Source of the DNA: Candidatus Poribacteria bacterium
GTDB lineage: Bacteria > Poribacteria > WGA-4E > WGA-3G
Direction: 5' to 3'
Assembly (NCBI GenBank): GCA_965198235.1
Contig: OZ240248.1
Location: 1,376,001 to 1,440,000, forward strand
DNA length: 64,000 nucleotides
The notes under the pieces are model-generated. The model ran no database searches. It worked only from the letters and a program-made list of their open reading frames with translations, and was not told the DNA's origin. This document shows, piece by piece, positions 61,679 to 64,000 of the stretch. How positions within the stretch are numbered: position 1 is the first letter of the stretch; the number at the start of each line of letters is the position of its first letter. Position numbers and translations under genes: made by a program.

Positions 61679-64000
61679 ATGAACTCTGTAGCACAGCAGA
61701 CAGATACAATTCATATTAGTGACCTTCAACCCGGGGCATTGTTGATTGACACACATCAAGAAACAGAACGGGTAATCCATAAGGTTGAGTCACACGATAC
61801 GTTTGTCCAACTCTTTTTTGAGAATGACGATGCACCGTTTACCTATTCTATTCAAGAACTGCAGTCCCGTTTTGAACTTGGGTCCAATACTTTTCGAGCC
61901 GATGCCAATCTGGTAAGACTTGTTGCTGAGGCACATAGACTTCAACACGCCTATCTGTTTAACCCGATCTTTGCCACAGAAACATCACTGATCGATCCGC
62001 TGCCACATCAATTCATCGCGGTCTATGAACATCTATTGAAACATTTTCCTTTACGGTTTCTATTAGCTGACGATGCCGGTGCCGGAAAAACAATTATGAC
62101 AGGGCTCTATATCCAAGAATCGTTACTCCGTCGGCAAGTGGAACGAGTCCTGATCGTGCCACCAGCCGGGCTTATTGGCAACTGGGAACGCGAATTACGC
62201 GTCTGTTTTCGACTCCAATTCCGCATTTTGTCGAGTGCTGATGCAGCAGATACCAATCCCTTTGCTGATCCAGAAAATCGCTTGGCTATTATCAGCCTTG
62301 ATACGTTACGGCAAGAGCGGATGCAGAACTATCTCTTTGAAGCGCAACCCTATGATCTGATCGTTTTTGACGAGGCACATAAACTCTCCGCACGATACGA
62401 GTCCGATGGAACAGTAGACAAATCGAAACGGTACGAGCTTGCCGAGCAGATCGCCGCGCAACAAAAGAATCTGTTACTACTCACGGCAACGCCGCACATG
62501 GGGAAAGATGATGCCTACTATTTTCTGTGGCGACTGCTTCTGCCGGAGCACCTCGCTGCGCAAAAGGCGTTTGAACGGTTGGCTGACGAGGAAAAATCAA
62601 AACACCTGCTCCGACGTATGAAGGAGGAGATGGTCACCTTTGATGAGAAACCTATCTACCCGCCGCGGCGGAGCCAGACCATTGCCTATCCACTCAAACA
62701 AGGAGAGGTGAGCGAACAATCACTATACGACGCTGTCACGGCATATTGTGAGAAATATTTTGATTTGGCTGGTCAATACAATCGGAGCGCGGCAAAAATG
62801 GCGATGATGGTATTACAAAGAAGACTTGCCAGTTCAACGTTCGCACTGCTGCAGAGTCTCATCAGACGTGCAGAAAAACTCCAAACGACCTTTCAGAACC
62901 TCCAAAGCGGAAGCTTGTCAACGGCGCAGCTTGAAAAGGCGCAGCAGAAACTTTCGGACATTGACATCAGAGACGAAAAAACAGGGGATGAGGAAGAAAT
63001 TATTGATGGAAAAGAAGAGGCAGAACAAATTGATGAAGAGCTGGAGCGTGCAACCGCCGCCCGTTCAATCACTGAACTTGAAACTGAAATTTCCCACGTT
63101 CAAAGCCTTGCAGAACTTGCAAGCAAGGTTTATAACCTGAAAGCCGAAAGCAAGTTTGAGAATCTATGGGAAGCATTAACGGAGTATCCAGACACAAAAG
63201 TACTGATTTTCACCGAGCATCGCGACACGATGTTTTTTATCATTGAACGTTTAGAGGCGTTGGGTTTTACTGGAAAAATTGCCCAGATCCACGGCGGTAT
63301 GAGATATGGTGCACGCGAAGAACAGGTCGAATTCTTTCGCGACCCGAACGGGGCGCAATACCTTGTTGCAACCGATGCAGCCGGGGAAGGTATCAATCTC
63401 CAATTCTGTTGGCTTATGGTCAACTACGACATTCCGTGGAATCCTGCTCGGCTTGAACAACGGATGGGACGAATTCACCGATACAAACAAACACGCACAG
63501 TAGTTATGCTAAATCTCGTTGCCGAAGACACGCGTGAAGGACGTGTGTTGAAAGTGCTGCTGGAGAAAATGCAAAGGATGCGTGATGAATTGAATGACGA
63601 TAAGGTGTTTGATGTTATCGGACAACAGTTCAGTCAAATCTCTTTGAAGGAACTTATCACGAAAGCCATCACGGAGAATCAAATTGATGCTTCAATTCAG
63701 ACCATCAATACACAATTCACGCTCGAAAATATACAAAAGCAGCTTGAGGGGCAGCAGAAATCGGTCGTCAGTAGCGAGGTCAAACGATTACTCGGCAACG
63801 TTCAGGAGCAGAGAGAATCCGCTGAAACGCTTCGCATGCTACCCGCTTATGTCCGAAGTTTCTTTGAAGATGCAGCACCACTGCTCGGCTATCGGATTAA
63901 CGGTGATATTGAGGCAATTTTTAAGTTATCCCGTTGTCCTGCCTCTGTGCAAAATTCAATTGATGGGTATCCACCACGTCTCCGAGATCAGTTAACGTTC
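61679..64000 (+). CDS. SNF2-family helicase, partial (runs off the window; absent from the ORF track)
   Basis: Manual translation from ATG 61679: DPLPHQ, LLADDAGAGKT, DEAH, TATP, EGINLQ, PWNPARLEQRMGRIHR. Confidence 0.9.
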   Translation, partial: MNSVAQQTDTIHISDLQPGALLIDTHQETERVIHKVESHDTFVQLFFENDDAPFTYSIQELQSRFELGSNTFRADANLVRLVAEAHRLQHAYLFNPIFATETSLIDPLPHQFIAVYEHLLKHFPLRFLLADDAGAGKTIMTGLYIQESLLRRQVERVLIVPPAGLIGNWERELRVCFRLQFRILSSADAADTNPFADPENRLAIISLDTLRQERMQNYLFEAQPYDLIVFDEAHKLSARYESDGTVDKSKRYELAEQIAAQQKNLLLLTATPHMGKDDAYYFLWRLLLPEHLAAQKAFERLADEEKSKHLLRRMKEEMVTFDEKPIYPPRRSQTIAYPLKQGEVSEQSLYDAVTAYCEKYFDLAGQYNRSAAKMAMMVLQRRLASSTFALLQSLIRRAEKLQTTFQNLQSGSLSTAQLEKAQQKLSDIDIRDEKTGDEEEIIDGKEEAEQIDEELERATAARSITELETEISHVQSLAELASKVYNLKAESKFENLWEALTEYPDTKVLIFTEHRDTMFFIIERLEALGFTGKIAQIHGGMRYGAREEQVEFFRDPNGAQYLVATDAAGEGINLQFCWLMVNYDIPWNPARLEQRMGRIHRYKQTRTVVMLNLVAEDTREGRVLKVLLEKMQRMRDELNDDKVFDVIGQQFSQISLKELITKAITENQIDASIQTINTQFTLENIQKQLEGQQKSVVSSEVKRLLGNVQEQRESAETLRMLPAYVRSFFEDAAPLLGYRINGDIEAIFKLSRCPASVQNSIDGYPPRLRDQLTF

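Overview
A 64 kb, roughly 50% GC bacterial chromosomal segment with about 50 genes. Recognisable housekeeping genes are lysA, mutL, purH, murB, bioF, rpiA and pepP. They sit among many catabolic enzymes (a sulfatase, four Gfo/Idh/MocA oxidoreductases, two enolase-superfamily dehydratases, a GH127 hydrolase, PhyH dioxygenases, a PSD1/DUF1501 pair). This gene content resembles Candidatus Poribacteria (inference, not verified). I found no rRNA, tRNA, CRISPR array or intact transposase. The most striking signal is non-coding: about ten families of short palindromic or foldback repeats fill the intergenic spaces. Two families end in TTAAAA and sit directly on, or supply, the start codon of about 10 unrelated genes; one of them has a hairpin stem with compensatory substitutions. 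Several families are also inserted in frame inside proteins (MutL, PurH, MurB, an ABC ATPase, a TPR-protease, an AAA ATPase). Other notable items: an orphan TnpB omegaRNA/IS605-type right end, an apparently domesticated IS1 InsA, a PARIS-like ATPase+TOPRIM operon, several internally deleted gene relics, and a SNF2 helicase cut by the window edge. All family assignments come from motif recognition by eye, not database searches.
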